Shown here one piece after another: positions 16,292-24,938 of a stretch of 34,935 bases of DNA. Numbering within the stretch: position 1 is the stretch's first letter; the number at the start of each line of letters is the position of its first letter. A program made the translations under genes and the position numbers. Source of the DNA: Rhodothermales bacterium (GTDB lineage: Bacteria; Bacteroidota; Rhodothermia; Rhodothermales; DATKEJ01); contig DATKEJ010000404.1 in NCBI GenBank assembly GCA_035512315.1, positions 1-34,935 on the forward strand. The letters are read 5' to 3'. The notes under the pieces were generated by a model. The model made no database searches. It had not been told where the DNA came from and worked only from the letters and a program-made list of their open reading frames with translations.

Positions 16292-16524
16292 TCTACCTTT
16301 CGGATGACAAACTCATTTGACCGAAGATCATCGTCGTCAAGCAAGTTCTTGAACCTCTCATCCTTGTAAAGATCTACTCTGAATCTGTACTTCACTTCGT
16401 CGGTGAATTGCGGCTGAACCTCTCCAGAGAAAACATCAGGCATTATTGTGTTCTTGAGAACCACCCTGACTCCTGGGTCAATGGGTTCAGGGACCGCGAA
16501 CCATGGCAGGACGGGCTGCGTCAT
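16288..16524 (-). CDS. Hypothetical 78-aa protein in an AT-richer patch
   Basis: ORF only, with no recognisable motif. Its TGA overlaps the ATG of the signal-peptide ORF (ATGA). Confidence 0.35.
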   Translation of the reverse strand: MTQPVLPWFAVPEPIDPGVRVVLKNTIMPDVFSGEVQPQFTDEVKYRFRVDLYKDERFKNLLDDDDLRSNEFVIRKVE

Positions 16525-16718
16525 GAGAATCGTAGGTCTCGTGAACTGAGTCTGTTATAAGGAGAGTGCACCTGAAACTGTAGGGGGATAAACAGAGCTC
16601 ATGTGGGTATTCGGCAGGGCAGCGTTTTCTACCCTTCGTTTCGCCCGGCCTGAGCCGACATCGCAACTGCGCTACCCGGTTCGGTATTTGAAGTTTGGTA
16701 TCTCCAGTTTGCCATATC

Positions 16719-17132
16719 ATGAATCGTCTTAAACCACCGCCAATGAAACTCCGCCTCCGCACCAACTCGATCCGGCTCCGGCTGACCAAGTCGGAGGTCG
16801 ATGAGCTGGTTTCGACCGGCACGGTCACGGAGCTCGTCAGTTTCGGCCCCGACCCCGAGCAGCAGCTCATGTACGCCGTGGAAGCACGAGAGAGCGACAA
16901 GATCGGGTGCGATTATCTCCCCGGGTCGATCACGGTGCACCTGCCCTCCCACGACGCGGCGACGTGGGCGCAATCCGACCAAGTCGGTTTCAATGTCGAA
17001 ATCAACGTCGGAGCCGGAGAGACCCTGACAGTGATCGTCGAGAAAGACTTCAAATGCCTCTCGGATCGTCCCGGCGAGGACGAGTCGGACGCCTACCCGC
17101 ATCCCGAAGAGGCAAAAGACCACACCTGCTGA
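16719..17132 (+). CDS. Small acidic hypothetical protein, operon partner of the YdeP-type enzyme
   Basis: ATG at 16719 (alternative 16743, MKLRLRTNSIRLRLTKSEV). Ends 5 nt before the ydeP-like ATG. No catalytic motif recognised. Confidence 0.55.
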   Translation: MNRLKPPPMKLRLRTNSIRLRLTKSEVDELVSTGTVTELVSFGPDPEQQLMYAVEARESDKIGCDYLPGSITVHLPSHDAATWAQSDQVGFNVEINVGAGETLTVIVEKDFKCLSDRPGEDESDAYPHPEEAKDHTC

Positions 17133-17137
17133 ACCCA

Positions 17138-19423
17138 ATGTCTGAAACGCATCGAACACCGCCGGAGGAGTCAGACGTTCGGATCGAAGCGCCCGCCGAT
17201 TCCGCAGCGGGAGCGCGGTCGGTGCGCTCGGTGATGAAGCATGCGAAAGAGGAGATGGGTCTCTTTCGGGGACTGCGGGTGCTCTCGAAAGTCAACCAGC
17301 AGGACGGTTTCGACTGCCCGGGATGCGCATGGCCGGATCTCGACCGCCGGAGCGCCTTCGAATACTGTGAGAACGGAGCGAAGGCGGTTGCGGAAGAGGC
17401 GACGATCAAACGGGTCACGCCCGAGTTGTTCGCCAGGCACTCGGTCGAGGAGCTCGGCGCGCAATCGGACTACTGGCTCGGAAAACGCGGCCGCATCACG
17501 CATCCGATGATCCTGCGAGCCGGCGCCACGCACTACGAGCCGATCTCGTGGGACGGCGCGTTCGCCTGCATCGCCGAAGCCCTGACGTCCCTCGACACAC
17601 CCGACGAGGCGGCATTCTATACGTCGGGGCGTACGTCCAACGAAGCGGCGTACCTCTATCAGCTCTTCGTCAGAATGTTCGGTACGAACAATCTGCCGGA
17701 TTGCTCGAACATGTGCCACGAGTCGTCGGGCGTCGGACTGTCGGAGGTCATCGGCGTGAGCAAGGGAACCGTCACGCTGGAGGATTTCGAGCAGGCAGAG
17801 GTGATCGTGATCATCGGCCAGAATCCCGGTACGAATCACCCCCGGATGCTCTCGACGCTCGAGGCCGCCAAGCGAGCCGGCGCGCGGCTCGTGCACGTCA
17901 ATCCGCTTCCCGAGGCCGGGATGCAGCGGTTCAAGCACCCCCAGGAGGTCACGGGCTGGCTGTCAACGGGCACGAAAATGGCCGACCATTTCGTCCAGGT
18001 GCAGATCAACGGCGACGTGGCGCTCCTTACGGGCCTTGCAAGACGGCTGGTTGAAATGGACGACGAATCGGAAGGATCCGTCCTCGACCGCCGCTTCATC
18101 GCCGAGCGCACGGACGGATTCGAGGAGTTCAAGGATGCCGTGCAGTCGACGGATTGGGAGACGATTTGTCGAGAATCGGGAATCTCGAGAGAGCAGATCG
18201 ACGAGATCGCGGGACTGTTGGCAGGCACGCAGCGGATCATCTTCTGCTGGGCCATGGGCCTCACGCAGCACGAAAACGCTGTCGCGAACGTCCAGATGCT
18301 CACCAACATCCTCCTGATGAAGGGGGCGATCGGACGTCCCGGCGCCGGCGCTTGTCCCGTCCGAGGCCACAGCAACGTCCAAGGCGACCGCACGGTCGGC
18401 ATCACGCCGCGACCCAAGGCCGCGTTTCTGGATGCCCTCGCCGAGCGCTATGGATTCGAGCCGCCGCGCGATGCGGGTCTCGACACCGTCGACGCCATCC
18501 GGGCGATGCATGCGGGAGCGATCAAGGTCTTCTTTGCCCTGGGCGGCAATTTTCTGTCGGCGACGCCTGATACGGATTTTACTGCCGACGCGCTGAAGCG
18601 ATGCGATTTGACAGTCCATGTGTCGACGAAGTTGAACCGCGCGCACGTCGTCACGGGTCGCACGGCGTTGATCCTTCCGTGTCTCGGTCGCACCGAGCGG
18701 GATGAGCAGGCGCTTGGGGAGCAGTTCGTGTCGGTCGAAAACTCGATGGGGATCGTCCACGCCTCGTGCGGCCATCTCGAGCCGGCGTCGGACGACCTGT
18801 TGAGCGAGCCTGCGATTGTGGCCGGGATTGCCGACGCCGTTCTAGGTTCGAAGTTCGACGTTCGGTGGCTCGAACTTATTGAAGACTATGACCGCATTCG
18901 GGAGGAAATCGAAGTGGTCATTCCGGGATTCGACAACTATGTGGGCCGCGTCCGCGAACCGAATGGATTCTACCTGCCGAATCCGGCGAGAGAAGGCCGG
19001 TTCGAAACGCCGTCCGGTCGCGCGCTGTTCACCGTGCATCCGATTCCCGAGCCTGACTTGGCCGAGGACGAGTTCATGATGATGACGATCCGCAGCCACG
19101 ATCAGTTCAACACGACGATCTACGGGCTGGATGACCGGTATCGTGGAATCTACGGAGGGCGGCGGGTCGTGTTCGTAAACGAGGACGACGCGGCGGAGCG
19201 GGGACTGTCGGCGGGCGACAAGGTCGATCTCGTGGGAGAGTACAACGGCCGGACGCGCCGGGCGGACGGATTTACGGTCATTCCTTTCGCGATCCCGAGG
19301 AAGTGCGTGGCGACCTATTTCCCGGAGGCGAACGTGCTGGTGCCGCACGACAAGGTGGCGGCGAAGAGTAATACGCCGGCGAGTAAGAGTGTGGCCGTCA
19401 GGCTCGTCAGGCCGGACGGGTGA
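17138..19423 (+). CDS. ydeP: FdhF/YdeP-family molybdopterin (Mo-bisPGD) oxidoreductase
   Basis: The listed ORF 16907-19423 is trimmed to the ATG at 17138. Motifs GFDCPGCAWPD, FYTSGRTSNEAAYLYQLF, NLPDCSNMCHESS and RGHSNVQGDRTVGIT. Length about 761 aa. Confidence 0.85.
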   Translation: MSETHRTPPEESDVRIEAPADSAAGARSVRSVMKHAKEEMGLFRGLRVLSKVNQQDGFDCPGCAWPDLDRRSAFEYCENGAKAVAEEATIKRVTPELFARHSVEELGAQSDYWLGKRGRITHPMILRAGATHYEPISWDGAFACIAEALTSLDTPDEAAFYTSGRTSNEAAYLYQLFVRMFGTNNLPDCSNMCHESSGVGLSEVIGVSKGTVTLEDFEQAEVIVIIGQNPGTNHPRMLSTLEAAKRAGARLVHVNPLPEAGMQRFKHPQEVTGWLSTGTKMADHFVQVQINGDVALLTGLARRLVEMDDESEGSVLDRRFIAERTDGFEEFKDAVQSTDWETICRESGISREQIDEIAGLLAGTQRIIFCWAMGLTQHENAVANVQMLTNILLMKGAIGRPGAGACPVRGHSNVQGDRTVGITPRPKAAFLDALAERYGFEPPRDAGLDTVDAIRAMHAGAIKVFFALGGNFLSATPDTDFTADALKRCDLTVHVSTKLNRAHVVTGRTALILPCLGRTERDEQALGEQFVSVENSMGIVHASCGHLEPASDDLLSEPAIVAGIADAVLGSKFDVRWLELIEDYDRIREEIEVVIPGFDNYVGRVREPNGFYLPNPAREGRFETPSGRALFTVHPIPEPDLAEDEFMMMTIRSHDQFNTTIYGLDDRYRGIYGGRRVVFVNEDDAAERGLSAGDKVDLVGEYNGRTRRADGFTVIPFAIPRKCVATYFPEANVLVPHDKVAAKSNTPASKSVAVRLVRPDG

Positions 19424-19428
19424 GTTTT

Positions 19429-19456
19429 GTCCGGGGTGCGGAGTCCGGAGTCCGGT
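19429..19456. repeat. Heptamer tandem array (GTCCGGA) x4, one variant unit GTGCGGA
   Basis: gtccggg gtgcgga gtccgga gtccggt. Inverted relative to 7420-7449. Starts 5 nt after the ydeP-like stop. Confidence 0.85.
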
Positions 19457-19547
19457 GAAGGGCATGCCGGCGGCGGCGAAACCGTGGAGCCTGCCCGTCC
19501 ATGAGGCGCGCAGTTTGGCGCACTCCGATAACCTTTTCCGCTTGATA

Positions 19548-19571
19548 GAGTATATATCAACGTATATACTC
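19548..19571. promoter_or_regulatory. Candidate brnTA operator/promoter: 9-bp perfect inverted repeat GAGTATATA-N6-TATATACTC
   Basis: Read directly. AT-rich, and ends 3 nt before the brnT ATG. Confidence 0.4.
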
Positions 19572-19574
19572 ACG

Positions 19575-19856
19575 ATGGAATTCGAGTGGGACGAGGCGAA
19601 GAATCGCCGGAACGTCCATAAACACCTGATTAGCTTTGACGAGGCGAAGACGATTTTCGACGGCGATGTCCTGACTGTTGTGGACAACCGAGTTGCCTAT
19701 GGCGAGGTTCGGTTCCTAAGTCTCGGCAGTTTAGATCTGGAGGTCGGGAGCATCGTGATCGTCGTAGCACATACGGAGAGGGGACACAAGACGAGGATTA
19801 TCTCGGCACGTCGCGCGAACCGAAGAGAAAGGAAGCAATACGATGAGTTCATCTAA
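19575..19856 (+). CDS. brnT: Type II toxin BrnT (DUF497)
   Basis: Internal ATG of the listed ORF 19389-19856. Family pattern MEFEWDEAKNRRNVHKHLISFDEA and RIISARRA. Confidence 0.85.
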   Translation: MEFEWDEAKNRRNVHKHLISFDEAKTIFDGDVLTVVDNRVAYGEVRFLSLGSLDLEVGSIVIVVAHTERGHKTRIISARRANRRERKQYDEFI

Positions 19857-20118
19857 AGAGAAGCGCCGTAAAACGCTCGTCAAAATGCGAGACGAGGACA
19901 TCGATTACTCGGACATCCCAGAGTTGGATGACTCATTCTGGGAAACGGTAGACGTCGTGATGCCGGCCACACCGGAGAAGAAGCAGATCTCAATCAAGAT
20001 TGATCGGGAGGTGTTGGACTATTTCCGAAAAGACGGTCCCGGCTACCAGACGCGGATGAACGCAGTACTGCGATCGTTTGTGCGTGCGAAACGGGAGAAG
20101 CGACAGGGTCGGCTGTGA
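19843..20118 (+). CDS. brnA: Type II antitoxin BrnA (DUF4415-like)
   Basis: 91 aa. DIDYSDIPELDDSFWE and GPGYQTRMNAVLRSF. 14-nt overlap with brnT. Confidence 0.8.
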   Translation: MSSSKEKRRKTLVKMRDEDIDYSDIPELDDSFWETVDVVMPATPEKKQISIKIDREVLDYFRKDGPGYQTRMNAVLRSFVRAKREKRQGRL

Positions 20119-20225
20119 GGTTCTGACTTTGCCGTTGTGTCCGCCGGGTGGAGTCTCTTTACGGCGTGGAACCCCTTTCTCTGGACGGGCGTACTGCCTC
20201 AAAACAGACTTAGTCCGATTCAACG

Positions 20226-20486
20226 ATGAGTACCAAGCCAGCCAAACGGGTAGGGCTTCACCAAGCCAAAACCCACTTCTCTGAACTCCTTCGGCGTGTC
20301 GAGGCGGGCGAAGAGATAACGATTTTGCGTCGGGGCAAGCCCGTGGCCCGCCTGGTCCCAAGCCACGAGCCGGCAGGGAAGCGTCCTCTCGGACTCTTGC
20401 GCGACCAGTGGCCGCTGCCCGCGGCCTCTGATCTGATCGCGCCCGATTCGGAGATCGACGCGCTATTCTACGAGGCCGATGGCTGA
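20226..20486 (+). CDS. Type II antitoxin, Phd/YefM family
   Basis: 86 aa. VGLHQAKTHFSELLRRVEAGEEITILRRGKPVARLVP. 8-nt overlap with the downstream PIN gene. Confidence 0.8.
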   Translation: MSTKPAKRVGLHQAKTHFSELLRRVEAGEEITILRRGKPVARLVPSHEPAGKRPLGLLRDQWPLPAASDLIAPDSEIDALFYEADG

Positions 20487-20865
20487 GCGTCTGCTGCTCG
20501 ACACCCATGCATTGATCTGGGCACTGGCCGACCCGGATGAGTTGAGCACGGCCTCACGCGACGCGATCGAATCGCCGGCGACCACCGTGCTGGTTTCGCC
20601 GGCATCGGTCTACGAGATCAACCTGAAGGTAGCACTCGGCAAGTTGCATGCACCCGCCATCGATCTCGTCAGCAGCATTGCAGCGGTGGGCTTCACGGAG
20701 TTGCCGTTGCGCCTGGCCCATGCGGCCCTGGCCGGTTGCCTGTCGTTCCATCACCGAGACCCGTTCGACCGACTCCTGATTGCTCAAGCTCAATTGGAGG
20801 ATCTGACGGTCGTCACGCGTGACACACATTTTACACGGTATGGATTGTCTGTTCTCGCATGCTGA
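20479..20865 (+). CDS. vapC: Type II toxin, PIN-domain VapC
   Basis: 128 aa. LLLDTHALIWAL, SVYEI, HRDPFDRLLIAQA and VVTRD. Confidence 0.85.
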   Translation: MAERLLLDTHALIWALADPDELSTASRDAIESPATTVLVSPASVYEINLKVALGKLHAPAIDLVSSIAAVGFTELPLRLAHAALAGCLSFHHRDPFDRLLIAQAQLEDLTVVTRDTHFTRYGLSVLAC

Positions 20866-20924
20866 TCCTCCAAGAGTTGAAGAGTGTAGACGACAGCCCG
20901 TACTCGCTCGTTCAAGCCTCGCCG

Positions 20925-20993
20925 CGGGCAGGCCGACGCCACGTCGGTTATCCTGGACGAAATACGTCCGTCTGGGCTCTGGCCTGCCCCTAC
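20925..20993 (-). repeat. Hairpin-bounded dispersed element, copy C (69 bp, inverted)
   Basis: The reverse complement reads GTAGGGGCAGGCCAGAGC, a variable core, then GTGGCGTCGGCCTGCCCG. Confidence 0.85.
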
Positions 20994-21073
20994 AGAATGG
21001 GTTCATCTGCGACGCCCGCATTATTTTCGCACCGCAAATGAACCCTGCTCGTCACGAAACCTCTCGATAACAG

Positions 21074-21113
21074 CTCCGGACCTTCGCCGGACCCCGGACC
21101 CCGGACCCCGGAC
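21074..21113. repeat. Heptamer tandem array (CCCGGAC) x4 preceded by CTCCGGAC
   Basis: gccggac cccggac cccggac cccggac. Ends 4 nt before the MFS GTG start. Confidence 0.9.
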
Positions 21114-21117
21114 CAGA

Positions 21118-22290
21118 GTGAGCATCGTTACCTCCATCCGCGCCTTCAAGCGCGAAGCCTGGATCCTCTACGCCGGCACCTTCATCAACAGGTTCGGCAG
21201 TTTCGTCATCGTTTTCCTGATCCTGTATCTGACCGGCAAGGGCTATTCCGTCGAACAGGCCGGTTTTGCCGTCGGGGTTTACGGCGTCGGGACGCTCATC
21301 GCCTCGCTCGTGGGCGGCCAGCTCGCAGACCACCTTGGTCGTCGAAGCACGATCGCCCTGTCGATGTTTTCCGCTGCTGTCGTGATGATGGCGTTCCCGC
21401 TGGCCGAGCGCTATTGGAACCTCGTCACGCTGGCTGGTCTCGCGGGACTGACTTCGGAGCTGTACCGGCCCGCATCCGCCGCTCTGCTGACCGACCTGAC
21501 GATTGCCGGGCAGCGCGTCCCGGCGTTCGCGATGTACCGCCTGGCGATTAATCTGGGCATGGCGTTTGGTCCCGCCGTGGGCGGCTTCCTGGCCGGATAC
21601 TCGTTCGTATGGATCTTCGTGGGCGACGCCCTCACGTCCGCGGCGTTCGGCGTAGTTGCTCTTACCGCACTTCCGAAAGACCTGCCGCAACTGAGTCATT
21701 CGCGCAGGTACGCGCTCGATTTTGGCCCCGTTCTCAAGGATCGCAGGTTCGTCCTCTTCCTGATCGCCTCCCTGCTCGGTGCGCTCGTCTTCTTCCAGCA
21801 TAATTCGACGTTTGCGCTGCAGGTCAAAGCCTATGGATTCTCGAATGCGATCTACGGAACCCTGATCTCCTTGAACGGCCTCATCGTGCTCCTGCTGGAA
21901 TTGCCGATCACGTCGCTCACGCAGCGTCCGAAGGCGTATTCGATGATGATGCTGGGCATCGTGATGGTGGGGATCGGATTCGGGGCAACGGCTTTTTCGC
22001 CGACCGTCCTTCTGTTGGCGTTTACGGTGGTGATCTGGACCATCGGCGAGATCATCTATGCTCCCGTGGCTTCGGCGTTCGTAGCGGATACGGCGCCCGA
22101 CAATCTCCGCGGGCGCTATCAGGGAGCCTGGGGCGTCACGCACGGATTTGGTCTCGTGCTCGGGCCGACGCTGGGCACCCTGCTATTCTCGAGAAGTCCA
22201 GGGCTCCTCTGGACCGCATGCCTGCTGGTGTCCTGTGTCGCCGCTCTTATCCTGCTCGTGATGCACCGACTGAATCCGGATGAATCGTAG
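21118..22290 (+). CDS. MFS transporter
   Basis: 390 aa with about 12 hydrophobic helices. MFS loop motif GGQLADHLGRR. Confidence 0.8.
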   Translation: MSIVTSIRAFKREAWILYAGTFINRFGSFVIVFLILYLTGKGYSVEQAGFAVGVYGVGTLIASLVGGQLADHLGRRSTIALSMFSAAVVMMAFPLAERYWNLVTLAGLAGLTSELYRPASAALLTDLTIAGQRVPAFAMYRLAINLGMAFGPAVGGFLAGYSFVWIFVGDALTSAAFGVVALTALPKDLPQLSHSRRYALDFGPVLKDRRFVLFLIASLLGALVFFQHNSTFALQVKAYGFSNAIYGTLISLNGLIVLLLELPITSLTQRPKAYSMMMLGIVMVGIGFGATAFSPTVLLLAFTVVIWTIGEIIYAPVASAFVADTAPDNLRGRYQGAWGVTHGFGLVLGPTLGTLLFSRSPGLLWTACLLVSCVAALILLVMHRLNPDES

Positions 22291-22312
22291 GATTCACAGA
22301 CTCCCTCCTTCA

Positions 22313-22333
22313 CCCGGGGGTAAACACCCCGGG
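22313..22333. terminator. Hairpin between convergent genes (CCCGGGG-GTAAACA-CCCCGGG)
   Basis: 7-bp GC stem between the MFS stop and the glgP stop. There is no clear U-tract on either strand. Confidence 0.3.
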
Positions 22334-22364
22334 CTTTGATGGACACGACGCTGCGTGCTCACCG

Positions 22365-22388
22365 AGACGTTCAGACGTTCAGACGTTA
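22365..22388. repeat. Octamer tandem array (AGACGTTC) x3
   Basis: Reverse complement of the 1718-1780 family. It contains the glgP stop codon and the last two sense codons. Confidence 0.85.
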
Positions 22389-24886
22389 AGCGGTTTGACT
22401 CCCCAGATCTCCTCGCAGTATTGCCTGATCGTGCGATCCGACGAGAAGTATCCGCAGCGGGCGGCGTTCAGAATCGACATTCGTGTCCACCGCTCCCTGT
22501 CACGATAAGCCTTGTCGGCTTCCTCCTGGCAGGCAATGTAGGATGCATAGTCGGCGAGCAGCAGGTACTCGTCGTGATCCAGCAGTGAATCCATGAGTGG
22601 CGCGAAGCGGGACGGCTCATCCGGAGAGAAATGCCCCGATGCGATCAGATCGATTGCCGCCTTGAGCTCCGCATTCTCGTCGTAGAATTGGCGGGGATCG
22701 TGACCGTTTTCCTTGACCGCGAAGACTTCATCAGTGTGCAATCCGAACAGGAAAAAATTCTCCTCACCAACCCGCTGGCGGATCTCGATGTTGGCCCCGT
22801 CAAGCGTTCCGGCAGTGACGGCGCCGTTCAGTGCTAGCTTCATGTTGCCCGTGCCCGATGCCTCCTTGCCGGCCATCGAGATCTGCTCCGAAATATCGGC
22901 GGCCGGATAGATCACCTCACCCAGCGTGACATTGAAATTCGGCACGAATGCGACGTTCAGCCGGCCGGCCAAGTCCGCGTCGTGATTGACGACGTCGCCG
23001 ATCGAATTGATCAGCTCGATGATCAGTTTCGCGGTGTGATAGCCGGGCGCGGCCTTGGCGCCGAATATGAACGTTCTTGACACGATCTCCTGTGTCGGAG
23101 CGGTCTTCAACCTGTTGTATAGCGTGACGATGTGAAGCGCTTTGAGCAGCTGCCGTTTGTACTCGTGCAGCCGCTTCACCATCACGTCGTAGAGAGAGGT
23201 CGAATCGACCGTGACGCCGAGCCGTTCCTGGATCACCGTTGCCAGACGTTCCTTGTTCTCAAGTTTGATCCGACGCCATGCGTCCCGGAAATCGGGGTCA
23301 TCGACGAATTCTTCCAACCCCCGCAGCTGGTTCAGATCCTTGACCCACCCCTCGCCGATCTTCGAAGTGATTAAATCCGACAACGGTGGATTGGCGAGCC
23401 GGATGAAGCGGCGCGGGCTGACGCCATTCGTCTTGTTCGAGAATTTCTCCGGCCATAGCTCATGGAAATCACTCAAGACACGCTCTTTCAACAACTTGGT
23501 CTGCAGCTCGGCGACTCCGTTGACTGAGAAGCTGCCGACGCACGCCAGATATGCCATCCGAATACGGTCTTCCTGTCCATTTTCGATGATCGACATGCGA
23601 CGGACTCTGTCCTCATCATCGGGGAACCGAGCTCGTACCTCCTCCAGGAAGCGGTCGTTGATCTCGTAAATGATCTCCAGGTGCCGCGGCAAGAGCGATT
23701 CGAAGAGCTCGACGGGCCACTTCTCCAGTGCCTCCGGGAGCAATGTGTGCTGGGTCGACGCGAATGTTCGGTGCGTAATATGCCAGGCTCGTTCCCAGTC
23801 TACTCGGTTCTCGTCCACCAGAATGCGCATGAGCTCGACGATGGCGATTACGGGGTGCGTATCGTTCAGCTGGATCACTGCGATGTCGGGCAGCTTGTCC
23901 CAATCGCTGTTTCGGATATGAAAGCGTTTGATGATGTCTTGCAGCGAGCAGGCGACGAAGAAATACTGCTGTCTGAGACGCAAGCGCCGGCCCTGTTCTG
24001 TGGCGTCGTTCGGGTAGAGGACCTTGCTGATATTCTCCGTGTGAATCTTCTGTTCGACGGCCCGTACGTAGTCGCCCACGTCGAAGAGTTGAAAGTCGAA
24101 TTCCTTGGTGGCTCGCGCTCGCCACAGGCGAAGAAGGTTGATCGTACTCGTCCCATATCCCGGCACGAGGGTATGATGCGGCTCGCCCAGCACCTTGTAA
24201 TCGCCGACCCAGCGGATGCGATCGGCTCCTTGTTCGTCACGATAGACCTCCGTGTGGCCTCCGAATTGCACCTCGACCATGTCATCGGGCTGCGCGAACT
24301 CCCAGTGGTATCCATAATGCAGCCAGTCGTCGGGCGCCTCGACCTGCCGGCCGTCGACGAAGGTTTGCTTGAAGATGCCGTACTCGTAGCGAATCCCGTA
24401 GCCCACTGCCGGGCGATCCAGCGTTGCCAGCGAATCCATGAAGCATGCGGCCAATCGACCCAGCCCGCCGTTCCCGAGACCGGGCTCGATGTCGAGTTCG
24501 AGCAGCGTGTCGAGGTCGATGTCGTATGCTTCCAGTGCCCGCCGTGCCAAGTCCCATGTTCCGGTATAGAGCAGATTCTGGGTCAATTGACGGCCCATCA
24601 GGTACTCGGATGACAGGTAGTAGACGAATTTTGGATTCTGTTCGTAGTACGCGTTGACGTTCTTCTGCCACTCGTACATGAGGTAATCGCGAACGGTGCT
24701 GCACACCGCTGCGTAGAGATCGCGGTCTGAGGCGGAGTGAAACGGCTGACCTCGCTTATAGTAGAGGTTGTCCAGAAATGCCTGGCGAAAGGCTTCGACT
24801 GTATGCTCAACGTGTGTGAGCGGCTGCGGTGTGATCTTCATGAGAGTTTCTGCGGTTATTTCCAGAGCGAGGTGGCTGTTTTCCAC
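22379..24886 (-). CDS. glgP: Glycogen/alpha-glucan phosphorylase
   Basis: 835 aa. PLP-lysine context [14 protein letters not shown], plus [14 protein letters not shown]. Alternative start at 24841 (MKITPQ). Confidence 0.9.
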   Translation of the reverse strand: MENSHLALEITAETLMKITPQPLTHVEHTVEAFRQAFLDNLYYKRGQPFHSASDRDLYAAVCSTVRDYLMYEWQKNVNAYYEQNPKFVYYLSSEYLMGRQLTQNLLYTGTWDLARRALEAYDIDLDTLLELDIEPGLGNGGLGRLAACFMDSLATLDRPAVGYGIRYEYGIFKQTFVDGRQVEAPDDWLHYGYHWEFAQPDDMVEVQFGGHTEVYRDEQGADRIRWVGDYKVLGEPHHTLVPGYGTSTINLLRLWRARATKEFDFQLFDVGDYVRAVEQKIHTENISKVLYPNDATEQGRRLRLRQQYFFVACSLQDIIKRFHIRNSDWDKLPDIAVIQLNDTHPVIAIVELMRILVDENRVDWERAWHITHRTFASTQHTLLPEALEKWPVELFESLLPRHLEIIYEINDRFLEEVRARFPDDEDRVRRMSIIENGQEDRIRMAYLACVGSFSVNGVAELQTKLLKERVLSDFHELWPEKFSNKTNGVSPRRFIRLANPPLSDLITSKIGEGWVKDLNQLRGLEEFVDDPDFRDAWRRIKLENKERLATVIQERLGVTVDSTSLYDVMVKRLHEYKRQLLKALHIVTLYNRLKTAPTQEIVSRTFIFGAKAAPGYHTAKLIIELINSIGDVVNHDADLAGRLNVAFVPNFNVTLGEVIYPAADISEQISMAGKEASGTGNMKLALNGAVTAGTLDGANIEIRQRVGEENFFLFGLHTDEVFAVKENGHDPRQFYDENAELKAAIDLIASGHFSPDEPSRFAPLMDSLLDHDEYLLLADYASYIACQEEADKAYRDRERWTRMSILNAARCGYFSSDRTIRQYCEEIWGVKPLNV

Positions 24887-24938
24887 CCCACCGTGTCGAT
24901 TCTGCTTATCATGCGGCGGCCTAACATGAACGACACTG

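Noticed and set aside
16560-16718. Possible Moco riboswitch upstream of the small ORF/ydeP-like operon
   Set aside because: Only a vague CCTGAGCC word is present. I could not recognise the conserved Moco-motif helices by eye. A covariance-model scan (Rfam Moco_RNA_motif) is needed before any claim.
16907-17137. 77-aa N-terminal extension of the listed molybdoenzyme ORF
   Set aside because: It overlaps the small upstream ORF in another frame and is Arg-rich. The YdeP-like sequence starts at ATG 17138.
18846-18866. Three GTTCGAM heptamers inside the ydeP-like CDS (GSKFDVRW), as a possible STR invasion of coding sequence
   Set aside because: There are only three imperfect units. The protein reads through a segment whose length and flanks (AGIA, DYDRIRE) look like ordinary YdeP-family sequence as I recall it, so there is no evidence of an insertion. 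An alignment to homologues would settle it.
17138-19423. Selenocysteine recoding in the formate-dehydrogenase-like enzyme
   Set aside because: The ORF has no in-frame TGA, and the active-site position is a Cys codon (CSNMCHESS), as in the YdeP family.
7420-19456. 12-kb segment (transporter, rha genes, fdhD, ydeP) as an invertible element bounded by inverted CTCCGGA arrays
   Set aside because: The arms are only about 28 bp, their variant units are in different positions, and no invertase or recombinase is present. The same family also occurs at 21074.
19424-21117. Integron cassette or mobile-element interpretation of the TA islet
   Set aside because: There is no integrase or transposase. The flanking repeats do not show attC R''/R' core sites (RYYYAAC, GTTRRRY) or target-site duplications.
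713-24613. Long ORFs antisense to confident genes (713-1732 +, 1934-2971 +, 8164-9249 +, 11112-12299 -, 21052-22143 -, 23681-24613 +)
   Set aside because: They fully overlap genes with clear family motifs on the other strand. Their translations are Arg/Pro/Gly-rich with no motifs. Such shadow ORFs are expected in GC-rich DNA.
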